In this document: positions 50,101 through 64,000 of the stretch, piece by piece
How positions within the stretch are numbered: the stretch's first letter is position 1
How the letters are laid out: the number at the start of each line of letters is the position of its first letter
Assembly (NCBI RefSeq): GCF_006345805.1
Contig: NC_042998.1
Coordinates: 74,276,001-74,340,000, forward strand
Direction of reading: 5' to 3'
DNA length: 64,000 nucleotides
Source of the DNA: Octopus sinensis
Taxonomy: Eukaryota
The notes under the pieces: model-generated
Databases searched by the model: none
What the model was told of the DNA's origin: nothing
Seen by the model: the letters and a program-made list of their open reading frames with translations, nothing else
Translations under genes and position numbers: made by a program

Positions 50101-52915
50101 ACTTTTCGCTAAATCTTTAGTGATAGCCTGTTGGCAGGTCTGGTCATGTTACCTTCCCAACCAGGTTCAAACAGAGATTCAAAACTTAGAGCAAGGGACT
50201 TGATTATTGGTGTGGTATAGTATCTTGTGTTGGTAGGAAAGGAGCTTGGTGAATTCCTGTCTATGGGTTAATAGTACATAGATTTCATCTTGATATTTGT
50301 TTACTGTGGTGGATTGTGTTAATATTAAAAATTAATAACAAGGTATTTTGAAAGATTCTTTGAATATATTTGTACACGTTGTGATAGAATGATAGACTCC
50401 AAATCTTGTCAAGATTGACTTGATATTTAGCTGTAATCTATATGATTAATAGTGTAATTTGCTGATTATTAAGTGTATTCCTTCTTTTACATTGAAAAAT
50501 GCCGCTTGCATTGTCTAAAGAAATCATAGTTGAGTAAAGATCATTATATGAAAAGGGAATATTCTAGGGAAATTTCCTTATAACAAATTAAATGGCTTGA
50601 GGCATTATGTAGAATCTTTGAGTTAATGTTAACATGACTTAGTTAAGATGTGAGTAATATTTCTTAGTTACCATTTTTCTTTTGTAGATTTTATTGAAGA
50701 AACAGAAATTGTCTCTTTTTACAATCATATTTTTAGATATTTTCCCCATTTAAAAGATGTAGTTTCTATTTTACTGAGGAATTTTGTTGTAAAGGAAAAA
50801 TTATGTTTTGGCTGAAACAACATCCGTTGATCCTTTGCTGAAAGCATCTTGGCATAACTTGTTTTTCTTGATGGCTTATTATTAAATTCCAATTTTAATT
50901 AAAATTTAAGCTTCAGTAAATGTTAGCTGTTACTGGAATCATTTCTGAAAATATGGCAGCTTAGAACCATATCTGTCAGCATAATATAGTGTTAAACCTG
51001 TCAAAATTAACACCAAAATCGATTCTATTTTATCAATATTGCTAAAATTGCATATTTTGAGTGCTTTTAACCTCTTAAGTAATTCTGCTTTCATTGAGAC
51101 TCATTTTATATGTGTATCTTCTCCTGCCTGGCCAGAGTTGTTCTATAACTGGATTTAAATAACTGTTCTGATACTTTTTTGTTGGTGAATGAATTTATTC
51201 TGATAGCTTCCTGTGGAATCATCTTGTTTTAAACCAAAATTATTCAAGGATGAGAAATTGATATTCTGACAAGAAGAGGCTTTTAAGGAAAATCCTATCT
51301 GGAGTATGTTTGTTTTTCTGTAGCTATTGATAGAAAGTGCGATGTTGACTGAAAGTGTATATAGATATATATATATGGGGTTGGGGGAGAGAAAACTGAC
51401 AGCTCAGTAGAAACTATATTAGTAAACCTTGTTTGTGTTAGGATGCCTAATGAATATCTAGAAATTATTTTGTTTATTCTGGTTACCTTTATTGCTGATT
51501 AATTGTAATCTTAATCATTGACAGTTATTCAAGTCTACAGTGTTGTTCAAACTAATTATAGTGCTAAATTATCCTAAGCTTTACTGCTTGTTTTCAAGAT
51601 TTAAATTTGCTCTAATTTTAGTCCAATATTGTTAATTATAATCTTAGTAATTTTGTTAAACAACTGTGTTTTCAGAATAATGAAATAACAAGGCTTCTGG
51701 TCAAGGTTATAATTTTTTGGATATTAACCACATTGTTGGTGATGATTTTTTTTTCTTTTTTTTTTTGAAAGGATAAGGGACTCAAAGACTATTTCCAATC
51801 TGAATGTAATTACACCACTAGGCCCCTGTACCTGTTTGACTATGTTCCTTAAATCCTTTTAAACATTGGTTGAAAAATGAATCTTAGCACTTTTTATGTT
51901 TAGTTTTCATATTGGCTGTTCTGGAATTTTGTTTATTAAATTAATTTTAATTATATAGTTTTAATAAAAGTTTTGCTTGTATTTACTTTTACATGACTTG
52001 TGTGTACGTGTATGAGAATGCTATAAAAACATTGTTTTATATAATTAAACCATGCCTTGGTACTCAGTGTCCTGTCATTTATTGGGTGGGATTAGAATAC
52101 TACTGAAGACTAAATATCTTAAGATGCAAAAATTTTATTTCCTTTTCTAACATTATTCTACAACATTGCTAAAATTTAAATTTTCAACTTATTTATGTCC
52201 TAACTGTTTTTACTCAACAACAAATTTGTATGTAACAATATAACTACAAAATAGTGAATATTCCAGGACTTGTAGATCTCTAATTTTAAATGAGTAGAAT
52301 CTCGTTTTGAAAATATTGGAGACTATTATTTATAGCTGCTACATTGGTGATTATAATTTTTGTTAATGAGCTTTGTCTGAATAATTGACTAAGTATTTAA
52401 AATATTGCAGATTTATGCTATAAAAATGTCATAACCTTCATTTCTAAGGTGGGATTTGCATAGATTTACAGATTTACTTGTGCATATTTTTTTTTATTAA
52501 TATTTACTTATATGTATATGAGTAATTCTGCAGTAATTTGGGCAAAATAGGCTAGGTGTCATAATTTGTTAATAAAGTGTTTTAATTTGGTGTTGTCATT
52601 TGGTTAATTAAGAGTATCCTTAAAATAATGGTAGTTGAAAAAGATTATCTAATTTGTTTCACAAGAAAGTGTATTTAGATTGGAATGAGATTTTAGGGAT
52701 AATATTTGTCTGTGATCTCCAGTGGGGTCTTGCAAACCTCTAATTACTGCTCATTAATTGTATTTTCCCATCTAGATAAAAAAAATTTTTCAATTTTGTA
52801 ATATAACTGGATATCTAATTAAAAGGATTGATCCTTTGTTTTGGATGAAATTTTTTTTTTGTGCAATGTTTCTTTCTCGTTGATGTCATGGAATTTTCCT
52901 TTTTTTTTATGACAG

Positions 52916-53004
52916 GGTGCTCTACAGATTCAAGGAAGCCTAACAAGAAACATCTTTACACGAAGATATTGGGGAAAGCAGTGAAAAACCATCCAGCTTT
53001 AAAG
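52916..53004 (+). other. Candidate internal exon (89 nt)
   Basis: Polypyrimidine tract + GACAG acceptor; AAG|GTAACT donor; one open frame CSTDSRKPNKKHLYTKILGKAVKNHPALK. Confidence 0.5.
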
Positions 53005-55406
53005 GTAACTTTTCGCAATTTTACGTTATTTGTATTTGTTTTTCACAAGAAATGGTAAAAATATTTTATTTTTGTTCTCTGTTTTGATGACTTGCGTGTG
53101 TGTGTGTGGTATTTTTCCAAAATTTTCTGACAAAGTATATGGGACTTCCATTTATAGAGTGCTTTCAAAAATTAAGAAATGAACCCCTCCTTTTTGGTTG
53201 GGTTGGGGTTTTTAGTAAACATAAACCGTATTACAATTTGAACAGCTGCAGTGTTCTGAATTCAGTTTTAATCTGGTTTCTCTGCTATCGGTTATCTTAA
53301 GGTAGTACAGAAGATACTAGTGATTCATAAGTTTTGTTGCATTATTGTTTTGTTTTGTATAATTTTTACAGTATTAGGTGAAATTTAAATTGGTTCTTGT
53401 AAAGGACATCCAACAACAGTCTTAAATTATAAAGTGACAATGTTGAGAGGCTTATATCTGATATGAGGATGTCATTGGTTTTGTTTCAGTTGCTTTAAAA
53501 TAATAGTTGTGGTCAACATTAATTATATTGTAGGTGTGAATCCAAAGAATTTGTTAAAAGAACAACATGGAATAATAATAATAATAAAGATTGTGATCAG
53601 CTTGCTAAAATGAGTAGTGTCTCCTGAATCTTATTGAAGTTGTTTGTATTCTGTTCTTTAGTGTTTTTTTGAATTGGAAAATAGGTTTAGATTCTGCTAT
53701 GCTTTTAGCTTATATAAACTTGTAAAGGGTGCCCTCTATTGATACTCTTTTTAGATTTGGAAAAATATTATTTTGAAACAGTTGTTCTGAGGCTTTCTTC
53801 TAAAATAGTCATTGTAAATTTTTAATGGGATTATTTAAATTTTTATTTAAAGATGTGACTTGTTTAAGGTTATTCTGTGCACAGAATAACATTGAACTTG
53901 TTTGGTAAATCTAAATTCCAGAGTATTTTTTTTTATTGTTTAGAATAAGAAGGTCAGCATCTATGACCATATCCCTTTAGGGTTTCCAACAATGGTGGGA
54001 ACAAGTGGGGAAGTTAACCTTGGATTGGAAACTTGCAACAGAATAAACTCCACTAAAGCACCTAAGGAACTGTGGTGTTAAACTGGATGATGGATGAAGT
54101 CTATCACCCAAGAATTTAGAACCTAAATTCCTGAAACCTATCACTAGGCATCTAATCCAATATTCTAATAATTCTGCTAATCCATCATCCCTTTGTAGTA
54201 TGTTGTCACCTCTGAGAGGACAAAAGACTGTCAATCTTGGTGGAATTTCAGCTGAATGTGTAGTGGGCTGGAGCATATACTACATGATATTTTGTCTTAT
54301 GCTTTAATGAATGATTCTGCCTGTTCCTTGCTTTATTACTACTGTATTGAGTTGTATACTAACTAGAAAAGAGAGTATTTTTGAATTGTGAATGTTATAG
54401 GAAGTTGGTTCATGATATTTCACTTCAGTTTTATTTTCTACTGTATTTATTTCTGTATCTGACTTGGAAAAACGGTATTGTTTTGTTTGGATACTAAGTT
54501 GGGTGTCTGTTGAGAGGTAAAGATATTAATAAGTAGTATTGGCTAAGTATTAAAAAATAAATTTTCCACTTGGTTGCTGCATTGTAAACAAGGCATAATA
54601 ACTAATGAAATTTTCACTTCCTAATTCGTTTTTGCTGCACTGATCAGTTCCAAAATATAATAGTTTGATTAGCTGGAAAATTCTTTAAAAAAAATGTCTC
54701 TGAATATTTAATTAGGTGATTATTGTTAATAATCACTGAAATTGCAAAATGCTTCAATTTTTTTAAAGTACCTCAGTTTTAATTCAATTCTCTATTTGCC
54801 ATTGTTATTTCACCAACCTATAGTATACGTTTCTTAACATATTCCCCACCAGTTTATCACATCTTGAATGGTCTGTTTTCATTTAGAATTGAACTTTGTA
54901 AACTTATGCCTTAGTCACCAAAACAAACTATTATCCCTCTGTAGGGGATTGTATGTTTTACTAATAATTATGGATTATCTGGATTACGAATGAACTGGGA
55001 GCTTATGAATTATAAGCTCCCAGTTGGCTAGGAAATTGTGTGTTCCATGTGCTCTGTTAGAATAATTTAGTTTGCTAACAGTGTTGTTTTTAGGTAGACT
55101 GTTGCATTTAGGCTGGTTAGCCTGATTAAGTGCTCGATGATAGAATCTGTTTAGTATGAGATTTATATTATCTGGAAATATGTTATTAAATGATTTGGCA
55201 GTATTTTAGCTCTTTGTATATCTTCTGTTGGCTTAAACTGGTTTCATATAGCTGTAAACATAAATGAAACAGTGTTCTAGTCATTTACCTGTCAAGAATT
55301 GAACCTGTTATGATGAGGAAATACTAGGCAATTATCACTGTAGATTATTTGCTGGTGTTTGTTTTGTCTCAAATGAGCCATGACCACTTTGCCTTTTTTT
55401 TTATAG

Positions 55407-55511
55407 GGCAACAGTGTTCAGTATTCTTTTATATGTGACTGCATAGCAGTTCCTTTGTTGTCTCCTGCTATACATGTGTTGACTGTCAATGGGTTTCCGT
55501 GGGAGCTTCAG
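55407..55511 (+). other. Candidate internal exon (105 nt)
   Basis: CTTTGCCTTTTTTTTTATAG acceptor; CAG|GTAAAT donor; frame 0 open GNSVQYSFICDCIAVPLLSPAIHVLTVNGFPWELQ. Confidence 0.5.
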
Positions 55512-58454
55512 GTAAATTCATTTTACTTGAAGATAGGAAGCATTGAGAGTAGTGCTTGAATACCAAATGGAGGGGAACTGATCCAGTACTAATGACCAAC
55601 AGCAGCTAATGAGATAGAAGAAAAAGAAATTGGTGTATATAATACAAAAGAGGCTATTACATACCTTCTGTTGAGCTATGGTATGCTATGGTTGAAATCA
55701 CATTAGTCACCCTGCTAAGACATGTTGATCAGTTAACAGATGGCATTGGATGTCCCATTAACAAGAAATGTCATAAGCCCCATGGAATGTATATATGGGT
55801 AAGGGGTCCTGGTCATGCAGTTCTAAGCAAGCTTGACATGATGATGATAGCATCCAGGATACATGCATTAAAACAATATTAGAAATAGTCATCATTATAT
55901 GTAGAAATATGGTATTTAAAGATAGGTGTGTCTAATCAAAACGTATAAATGGAAATTATGAGGGAGAAACATGCTCGACTTGTCTAGGAGAGCTGTGATT
56001 CCATGGCAATCCATACAAACATCAAAAAGCTTATGTATAATGATGATGTGGTTTTGCTGGTTTCAGTTATTTGGTTGTAGCCATGCTTGGGCACTGCCTT
56101 GAAGGGTTTAGATGATCACATAGATCCCAGTACGTATTTCAGTTAGCCTTTTATTAATCTTAGTTGAACTGCTATGTTATAGAACATAAGATACACAACA
56201 CTGCCAGTGCCAATTTTTAGACCTCTGCAAGCATAGACTCAGACACATTTACCTGCCTAACTGCCCTTCCCACATGTGTGATGGTCTTATGTACAGTTCT
56301 ATTCTAAGAAAATTCCTCTCTGATATAATAGAAGGCTAGCAGAACCTGTGAATATTTCACAGAATTAATGGTAAACTTATTGGGTTGTTTCTGAAAACTT
56401 TATCCCAAAAACTTGAATGCATAGCCTATGTTGTGTCGTGTCTGTATCCAAAGACATCCCTCCCTCTCAACTAACCACATGATAGTGTTACGGACAGCCT
56501 AGGTCACGGAAGAACAATCAGAATTATTTTAAAGATACTTGCTTAAAGTGATGCCCAGTGGGATTGAACCTGGAACCATATTGTTGTGAAAGGTTGGCAA
56601 CAAGAAAGCATTTAGTTGTAAAACAGTTTTAGGAAACCTGTCTAATACATGTCAATACAGAAAAGTACATGTAAAAAAGAAAAAAAAAATTACATTAAAT
56701 CAAAGGAGTCTGTTGGTTAGATATCAATGATGGGACTTCATATTGAGTTGTACTTGTTGCTTATCCAGTCACTGGAGGTACATGTGATAAGAGTGAATTA
56801 TCACAGTAAATCCTGTTACCATCAGCATCCTTTATTTTCTCCACATATATATATTCACACATGTATACATAATTGTAATAAATTTGCTATTAGTACACTC
56901 ACATCTTGTTCTTTTCTCTCAGTCAGCAATTCTAAGTTCTGTCACTAGATTTTGCTATTTCTGTATTGATTGATAAAAATGCTTGTTAATATAGTTGCAC
57001 AATTCTTTATGGTTTATAATTATATAACTGAAAACTTGTGAAATAATACATAATTAACTATTTAACACATGAATTGCCAAACACTACAGACTAGATTTCT
57101 ATCGAATAACAAGATCAGGCCAGTATTTATACGTTGTCGTAGTGTGAGGTAACAGCTAACAGAAGGTTGTGAAGTTAGTTTTTCAATGTCGGTTAAGCTG
57201 TTATTGAATCTTCAATGTTTACATCATTGAAACTGTGTTGAGTAGATGTACACAACAAACACAAAATCAACATTTAATTGCTCATCTTTTAATTTACATT
57301 TACTATATGTACCTGTACAAAGTTTAGCATTCAGGTTAGCCTGCCAAATACTTTTTCATTCAAATTGTTTTTAATTAATCATGCATTATTTTGTAACTTT
57401 GAAATGTTGATGTGATTGTCTATTTTATTGAGGGGTAGGTGTGATAAGGCTAAATCTGGCTGGTTAGAACAAAACGGAAGAATATTTTGGTCTGATATGA
57501 CTGGTTAAATGCTAAAGAGTTAAAAGTTATTTTTGATGGTTGCTAATAGCTATATTGTAATTACCTTTTTTTTTTTCTAAATCAAAACCACTCCTAGCCA
57601 GTTTTTTTGCAGATATTCTAATAATCTTTTATTAATTTTTAAAGTAAATATTTAGTTTTCATAACTTCACTTGGAAATACTTTCAAGTGACAACTGATTT
57701 TCAGAAATCTTTATTATAAATATCATCATTATTTTGAAATTCTTACAATAAACTTTGTTACGAATTGTTATTGTCCATTTCATTGATGTTTTATAATTTT
57801 TGCTAAGTTGTTCAGAAATTGGGCAGTGTTTTTTTTAAATTTTTTTTACCATACTTTGAAATCATTAGTTGATTGTATTTGAAAGACTAGCAACTATCTT
57901 CAGCCTCATTCACTTGTCATGTAAACATTGCTTTTCCTTAATATGTTGATAGTGATGAATTGAAATTCTTTGAATAACTGTTAATCGTCTTGACTTGTTT
58001 TGGAAATATGTTTCAAGGAATTAGTTGGTGGTGAGGGTTTCATATTTTTCCATTAAGTACAGGCATCTCTTGCTTTACAGCTTCTTCGGGTTACACTATT
58101 TCATACTTACGGAAGTTATGAAGTATTATCACTAATTTTGGGATAAGGTCTATAATTTTTATCTTAAAAAGAAACTCTGGATAAATTTTAAGAATTTAAA
58201 AACTAAACTTTTCTTCCTAGCCAAAAAGCTTGTTCCTTGGTGTTTTAGTTAAGATAAAACTAGTTCAGAATTTTGAAAACTATAACCATAATATACACAT
58301 ATATATAATTGTGTGTGTCATCATAAATACTTATGGAGTGCAAAATGAAATTTGTCACTGTGGATATTGATATGTATTTTCTTGGGACACAGTGAGTATC
58401 TGCTGCTATCTATCTAGCCATCCACTCCATAATTTCTGATCAACATTAAGGAAG

Positions 58455-58604
58455 GCGTTAGGAAGGGCATCCAGCCGTAGAAACACTGCCAGATCAGACT
58501 GGGCCTGGTGCAGCCTTCTGGCTTCCCAGACCCCAGTTGAATCATCCAACCCATGCTAGCATGGAAAGCAGACGTTAAACAATGATGATGATGATGATGA
58601 TGAT
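58455..58604 (+). mobile_element. RTE LINE 3' end
   Basis: GCGTTAGGAAGGGCATCCAGCCGTAGAAAC...GTTAAACAATGATGATGATG. Confidence 0.88.
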
Positions 58605-59519
58605 TAACACAATAACAGCCATTACCAACTTAACAATGGCCAACAATAATACAATATGAATAACTCTACCTAAAATAAAGAACGAAACAGTCACATGACA
58701 TTATTTGGTACTCTGGTATATTTCAAAAGTGAATGAAATGTCTTTGCTCTTGGGTCAATGAAAATTGACTTAAAACTAAACAGCAACAACAATACAATTA
58801 ACAAGAACAATATGACCAACATGAAAACTGATACCACAACTGACCCACTAACTTTTGAATAACCAATCAGTAACAATAATAGTAATATCAGTATGACAGC
58901 AATGTCTGAAACTACATATATTGTATGTCAACACAAATGTGTGTGTATGTGAATGAGTAGTGTAGTTTTTATGGCTCAAGTCAGAGAAGCAACTGGCAAA
59001 GTGCCCATGAACCTGGTAACCTTTCAGCTATCTGTAATCGTACAATACTTCCCACCTCACTCCTTCATCCTTTTATCTTTTCTCCATTCTTAGATCCGTA
59101 GGAATAAGACTATCTTTTACTTTCGCTTTCCTTGGTGCTATTTTTTTTACTACATATTTGTTGTGGATAACTGCTGATTGTCCTCACTGTTGGATTAACC
59201 TACAATTGAAGACATCTGGAAAGAAACCAAATGGAATGGAAGATTGTTGCAAGAATAGAAACTGTAAAAAGATTACTATGAATATTGCACTTGATATTTT
59301 TAAAATGTTTGAATTTAATCGACAAAAAACCAACCACATTCTCAAAACATTAAGGCTTGCAACATCTACTATTGGAATAATGTGATTGCAGGAGGAAAAT
59401 TTTAGTCAAGTCCTTAATGCTTTTGTTACCATATTTTAGTTGAAATACTCTGCTTTTTCATTCAGTTAATTTTGGAAAGAATTTAATAAAATAACTTAGT
59501 CATTATTAAGCTGGTAAAT

Positions 59520-59800
59520 GGTAAAGACCCCCTTTAGTTATAAATGACCATAAGATTGCACCTAGAAAGTTCCCCTCCAAAGCACATGTCCAGGCAAGGT
59601 TGTTTATCGAAGGCCAGCAGTTGCTCTTGCATACCAGCCTTCCCTTCTCCATGCCATCAATGTTACCCACAGTAAAAGCAAATGCTGATACAGCTTGGCA
59701 CCAGTGACATTGCAACTCATTTCTACAGCTGAGTGAACTGGATCAATGTGAAATAAAGTGTCTTGCTCAAGAGCGCAATACACAGCCCATGATTGTGAGC
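59520..59800 (-). mobile_element. SINE family B
   Basis: Colinear with 2905-3225. Confidence 0.82.
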
Positions 59801-59984
59801 TCGATGCTCTAATATGAATGTTTAATGGAAGGTTTTAATTTTGATCACTTCAGAACAGGAAGTGTATATCAGAGAGTCAACGATGGTCTCTGCAGATTAG
59901 TATAAAATGGGTCAAAAATTTACTGTTAACTGCTTGGACCTTATTTATTCATAGGTTTAAATGTGATATTAAAATGGGACAGCT

Positions 59985-60480
59985 CTTGAGTGTATGGATT
60001 GAGAATCAGACTTATTGCATTGTGCCAATAAACATAATGATCATTTTTAGAATTCAGAAGTTTGTATGATGATTTTTTTTCTGAAAAAAAGTGAAGCTTT
60101 TAATGGAATTTAGGAAAATGGAAGCTTAGGAAAATTATGTGACACTTGTTTTTAGAGGAAATATTGCTGGTGATATTATTGTGATACACAATATTTAATT
60201 TGCCTTTGGTCTGTCATTTAGACAAGAAAACCTGGATGACTGTGATACTTTTTGGAGAGTGGTTTGCATATACTTTTTGTGCTGCTATAGAAAAATAGTG
60301 TTAGACATATTTCCAACAAAGGACTGCTTATTCTAGACAATGCATCAAGCGTCCCCTTAAGCTTAAATGAGCTTTCTGATTACATGGGAGTGTAATATAT
60401 CCCCAAGAATTCAACTTATTTGCTCTAGACAGTGGATAAAGATGTGATAGCTAGTTTCATGGGGCATATTATCTGAGAAG
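59985..60480 (+). pseudogene. pogo/Tigger transposase relic
   Basis: Remnants KKTWMTVILFGEWF, LLILDNASSVP, YIPKNSTYLL*TVDKDVIASF match Tigger DDE motifs. Confidence 0.7.
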
Positions 60481-62029
60481 GGATTTCAAATAACTTATGA
60501 AATCTATTCATAACAGGAGTTTACCATGAGCTCATTTCCTTCAATGAGCTGTATGGAGATGGTACACCATAAACATCAAACAATTTTAAATAAGTCTTTC
60601 ATCCCTCAAATAGATTTGATAATGATAAGATAGAAGATAGTGTTTCTCATCTTCCCAGTGTTCTACCACAACCCCTCCCATAGTAAACATATTTTATGGT
60701 GAGAACTTACCCTATTACGATGTTCATACTCCTTAATGTATTTCTCTTCAAATGTTTTTATGAATACATGTTGCACTGTGTATGTTTTAATTATTTCCAT
60801 GCGCACAAGTGGTTGTGTTGCACTTCTTTTTGTTTCTGAAACTATCCACCGGAATGCATTCTCATTTTATAACAATAGTTAAATCAATGGGAAAATTTTA
60901 TGTTCTGGCAGCTTTTGCAGGAATGCATTATTCTTGCAACACGGGATTCTTCTACATAAGAAAGCAGATCTATGGAGAGAAACCAGACGTGTGGATTGTA
61001 TCAACAAACTTAATGTAATGTGTTCGCTATAAAATATTACGCTGGTTTCTCATTCATTTTTTTCTTTTTGTTTAAATGCAGCCTTAGTCAAGCTGTCTTA
61101 CCCATGCTAGCATGGAAAACGGACACTAAATAATAATAATAATAATGATTGCTTTTTTTTTTAATTTGCAGCAATCATGATTGTTTCTCTACTGGCAGAT
61201 AAAAAATAGTCGATAAATTGATAGCATTTAAAATGTTATAATGTGTGTGCTAGAAAATCATTAACACTATACTTTTCTATGTTGGTATAGAATAACTATT
61301 TTGTAAACACTGTAAATCTTACTTTGTTTCTAGAATTAGGGAAAATTTATAGCAAAATTCTCACTGATCCATCTATAGAAACCAAATAATTCATACAGCT
61401 GGGTTAACATTTAATTTAACATATTCACTAATCCACATAGAGACACAAAGTAATTTATATGCTGTTGGATAAACATTTCAGGTTTTATGTGTTCTTGGTC
61501 CTGAAATATTCTGCCAATGTCTCTAAGTTGGCATCTTTTAATTAGTAGAAATGTACTTGGAATTCAGTTTCAAATTGTTTATGAAAATTTAGAAAATATT
61601 AGCTAAAAGAAGTATTTTATCAAGAAGTCCCACATTCTATGGTTAAAAAAAAATATTACTTTGTATAAGATTGCTTTCTTCTGCCAAGGTGGACATTTGA
61701 ATGGAATTTCTGAACAGTTGTATTTGTAACTGCATATTCTGCTTATTGTTGGCTACTTAACATTAAAACAATATTGCTACTTAATTTTCAGGCAGATATT
61801 CTGCAATCCTCTTAGGATTTAAAGCTCTCGCAATAGATAACTGATAAACAAGTTAACAAAAAAAAAAATGAAAAAAACGACATCAGTATCCAACATTAAA
61901 ATCAGAATGTTAAATACAAAGTTGTCAATCAGATAAAAGATAGAGACTAAAAAAAATATTTATGACATTCTAGAGTATTTATTTTTGTTTTAACTATTTA
62001 AATCCCTGTTTATTGGTTTTGTTTTGCAG

Positions 62030-62081
62030 ACAAACAACAAAGATAAAAGAAAGTAGTAATCAGTATGTTGGAAGAAGAAAG
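62030..62081 (+). other. Candidate exon (52 nt) containing an ATG at 62065
   Basis: TTTTGTTTTGCAG acceptor, upstream TTAAC branch-point-like motif, AAG|GTAAGC consensus donor; frame 1 open (QTTKIKESSNQYVGRRK) or start MLEEE. Confidence 0.6.
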
Positions 62082-64000
62082 GTAAGCGAATAGTCTTTAT
62101 TCTGAGATATTTCCTTTACTTTAAGTGTAATAATGACTATTTTTAGACTGTGTGTGTGTGTGTAACAAGAATCAGACGTAGTGTTTTCCTGCTGTTGCAG
62201 ACATTAAACAAATTAGCGATTAGAGTAGATGACATATAGTTTAGATTGCTTGTGAATAGTAGAGAAGACCACTATTTCATGCTCCCTTTATTCCCCTACC
62301 TCTCATTTTATTTCTCTCTCCTCTTATTCATGCCTTCACATTCTCTGCCGGTTTAATCTATTCACACTGTGTCTTTTGTTGTCAATGTGCAGCTTTTAAT
62401 GCAGTGTTAGTGTTGTTTGTAACATACTCAGTTTTTCTTAAAAGATTTCATTATATCATGTTTCTAACTTGCCTGATTGTCTCATCACATGTTGGTGACA
62501 CAGAGACAACAACAAAAATTAGTATAACAGATAATTTTTCTTTAACGATTTTTAAGTAATGGTATTTCAAAATATTGTGACTGATAATTTGAAAGTTTGC
62601 AAACAAAACCTGCAACAATTACTTTATTAGAAATGTCATTTTTCCCTGCTTAATCAGTGATAACATTAGGAATGTTCTCTGCAATTTTGATGGCCTAAAG
62701 AGCTGAACATTGTTCTATATTTTTGAAAATAGAGTTCTTATTAAGTAAATTTTATATAGTTTGAAAATTCATTTAAAATTTTGTGATGTTTTTAAAATAG
62801 AGCTTCTAATATATTCAACGTTGATCTTAATGGGAAATTTTCCTATATAACTTTCATTGAATTAATCTTGCAGCAAATTCATCTGGAAATGCTTCCACTC
62901 CAGAAACAAATTTATGGTCTTAATGATTTTAGATGAATAGTTGAAGCAATAAAAATGTTAAGATTGGCAAATAACAGCTAGTTTTGGAGGAATATTGATA
63001 GTAGTAATAGTAATAATATAAACTGATAGTGACAGGCCATTAGCCTATTAAGAGTATTTTTATACACAGCAATAGTTTATATGATTCACCTTAATTCGCT
63101 AGTCAGAAATATTTCACTTGGTGATGAAGGAGAAGCATGAGTATCTTAACTGCTCATTATTATTTTTGTAAATGTGACTACTAATAAATTTATTTGTGTG
63201 TATGTATGTATGTATGTGTAAGGGAGAGAGGCATTTTTAGTGATACCTTTGATCTTTTTTTATTATTGTTTTTGTTAGAAAATTGTTCTTTTTGTTGGTA
63301 ATTTTTCCCTTTGGTATGTTTGATATGGTTCTGTTTCAGGAAGCAAGTGATTCTGATTACTTTAAGTTGCACTTTATTGTGTTAAGATATTTTTGTTTCT
63401 TAAATTTTTTTTTTATTGGGATGTGGGGAGTAGTATCGCTTGAATTTCACATTTGAGTGATTACCATTGTGGAAGAGCAACCATACATAAAATACTGTAG
63501 CTATCAGTTATGCTGTTATCTGAATCTTAGAATTTTTGCTAGCATGGTATGTTTTAAAATAGGTTTCTGTACAAAAAATGTATTGTCTTTGTATACCATA
63601 ATAAATTAATTAAATTTTGTTTGTTAAAATAAGGAAAATACTATTTCATCCACAAGTTTTTGTCTTCACAGATTGTTAGATCAAGAACTTACAAACCTTT
63701 AAATCTCTAGAACTATGATTTTTGTTAAATAAATGTGTTTATCTTCTGGCTTAGATTTTATTTCCTTTTATTAATATTCATGAACATTTTGTATGTTGTA
63801 TAAGATTATATATGTTTTGGTGATAAATGATCAGATTATCAGCAAAAAAGAAATTGTTACATTCCTTGTATGCAAACATGGAATATTTAACCAATTACTT
63901 ACACATTATCAATTGTGGTTCCTTTAAGTAAACTTCCTTTAATCAGTATGTTGCAGTTTTCTCTAACTTTGTTGGCCATCAGTCAACATTTGCACAATGG

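Noticed and set aside
53977-54276. 99-aa minus-strand ORF in the repeat-poor region
   Set aside because: No recognisable domain or splice signals; faint resemblance to a decayed LINE linker region
54993-55025. microRNA precursor
   Set aside because: 14-bp stem is too short and I recognised no conserved bilaterian miRNA by eye; a miRBase/MirGeneDB search was not run
270-59800. tRNA genes at SINE heads and at 19173-19245
   Set aside because: Only A/B-box-like remnants with broken acceptor or D stems, fused to SINE or pLTR bodies

Overview
AT-rich eukaryotic genomic DNA, saturated with microsatellites and retroposons. The repeat families look like those of an octopod cephalopod; this is recognition only, no database search. 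There is one 100-N scaffold gap. No intact protein-coding gene is recognisable, and most of the supplied ORFs are microsatellite or antisense artefacts. Bases 1-33,000 are a transposon graveyard: three tRNA-derived SINE families, many RTE-clade LINE fragments (one near-full-length, one 3-kb), a 5'-truncated Penelope-like element, a short Helitron, MITEs and transposase relics. A promoter-like zone at about 33.6-36 kb is followed by a T-rich + strand region with several candidate spliced exons and a roughly 12-kb stretch almost free of SINE/LINE insertions. The most notable signal is a set of minimal type-I hammerhead ribozyme motifs. One sits in the Penelope terminal repeat downstream of a tRNA-like module. 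Four sit in two copies of a ~160-bp palindrome carrying one hammerhead per strand; the palindrome is part of a locally tandem-repeated unit (22-33 kb), and each copy abuts the 5' end of an RTE LINE. Coordinates of decayed repeats are approximate.
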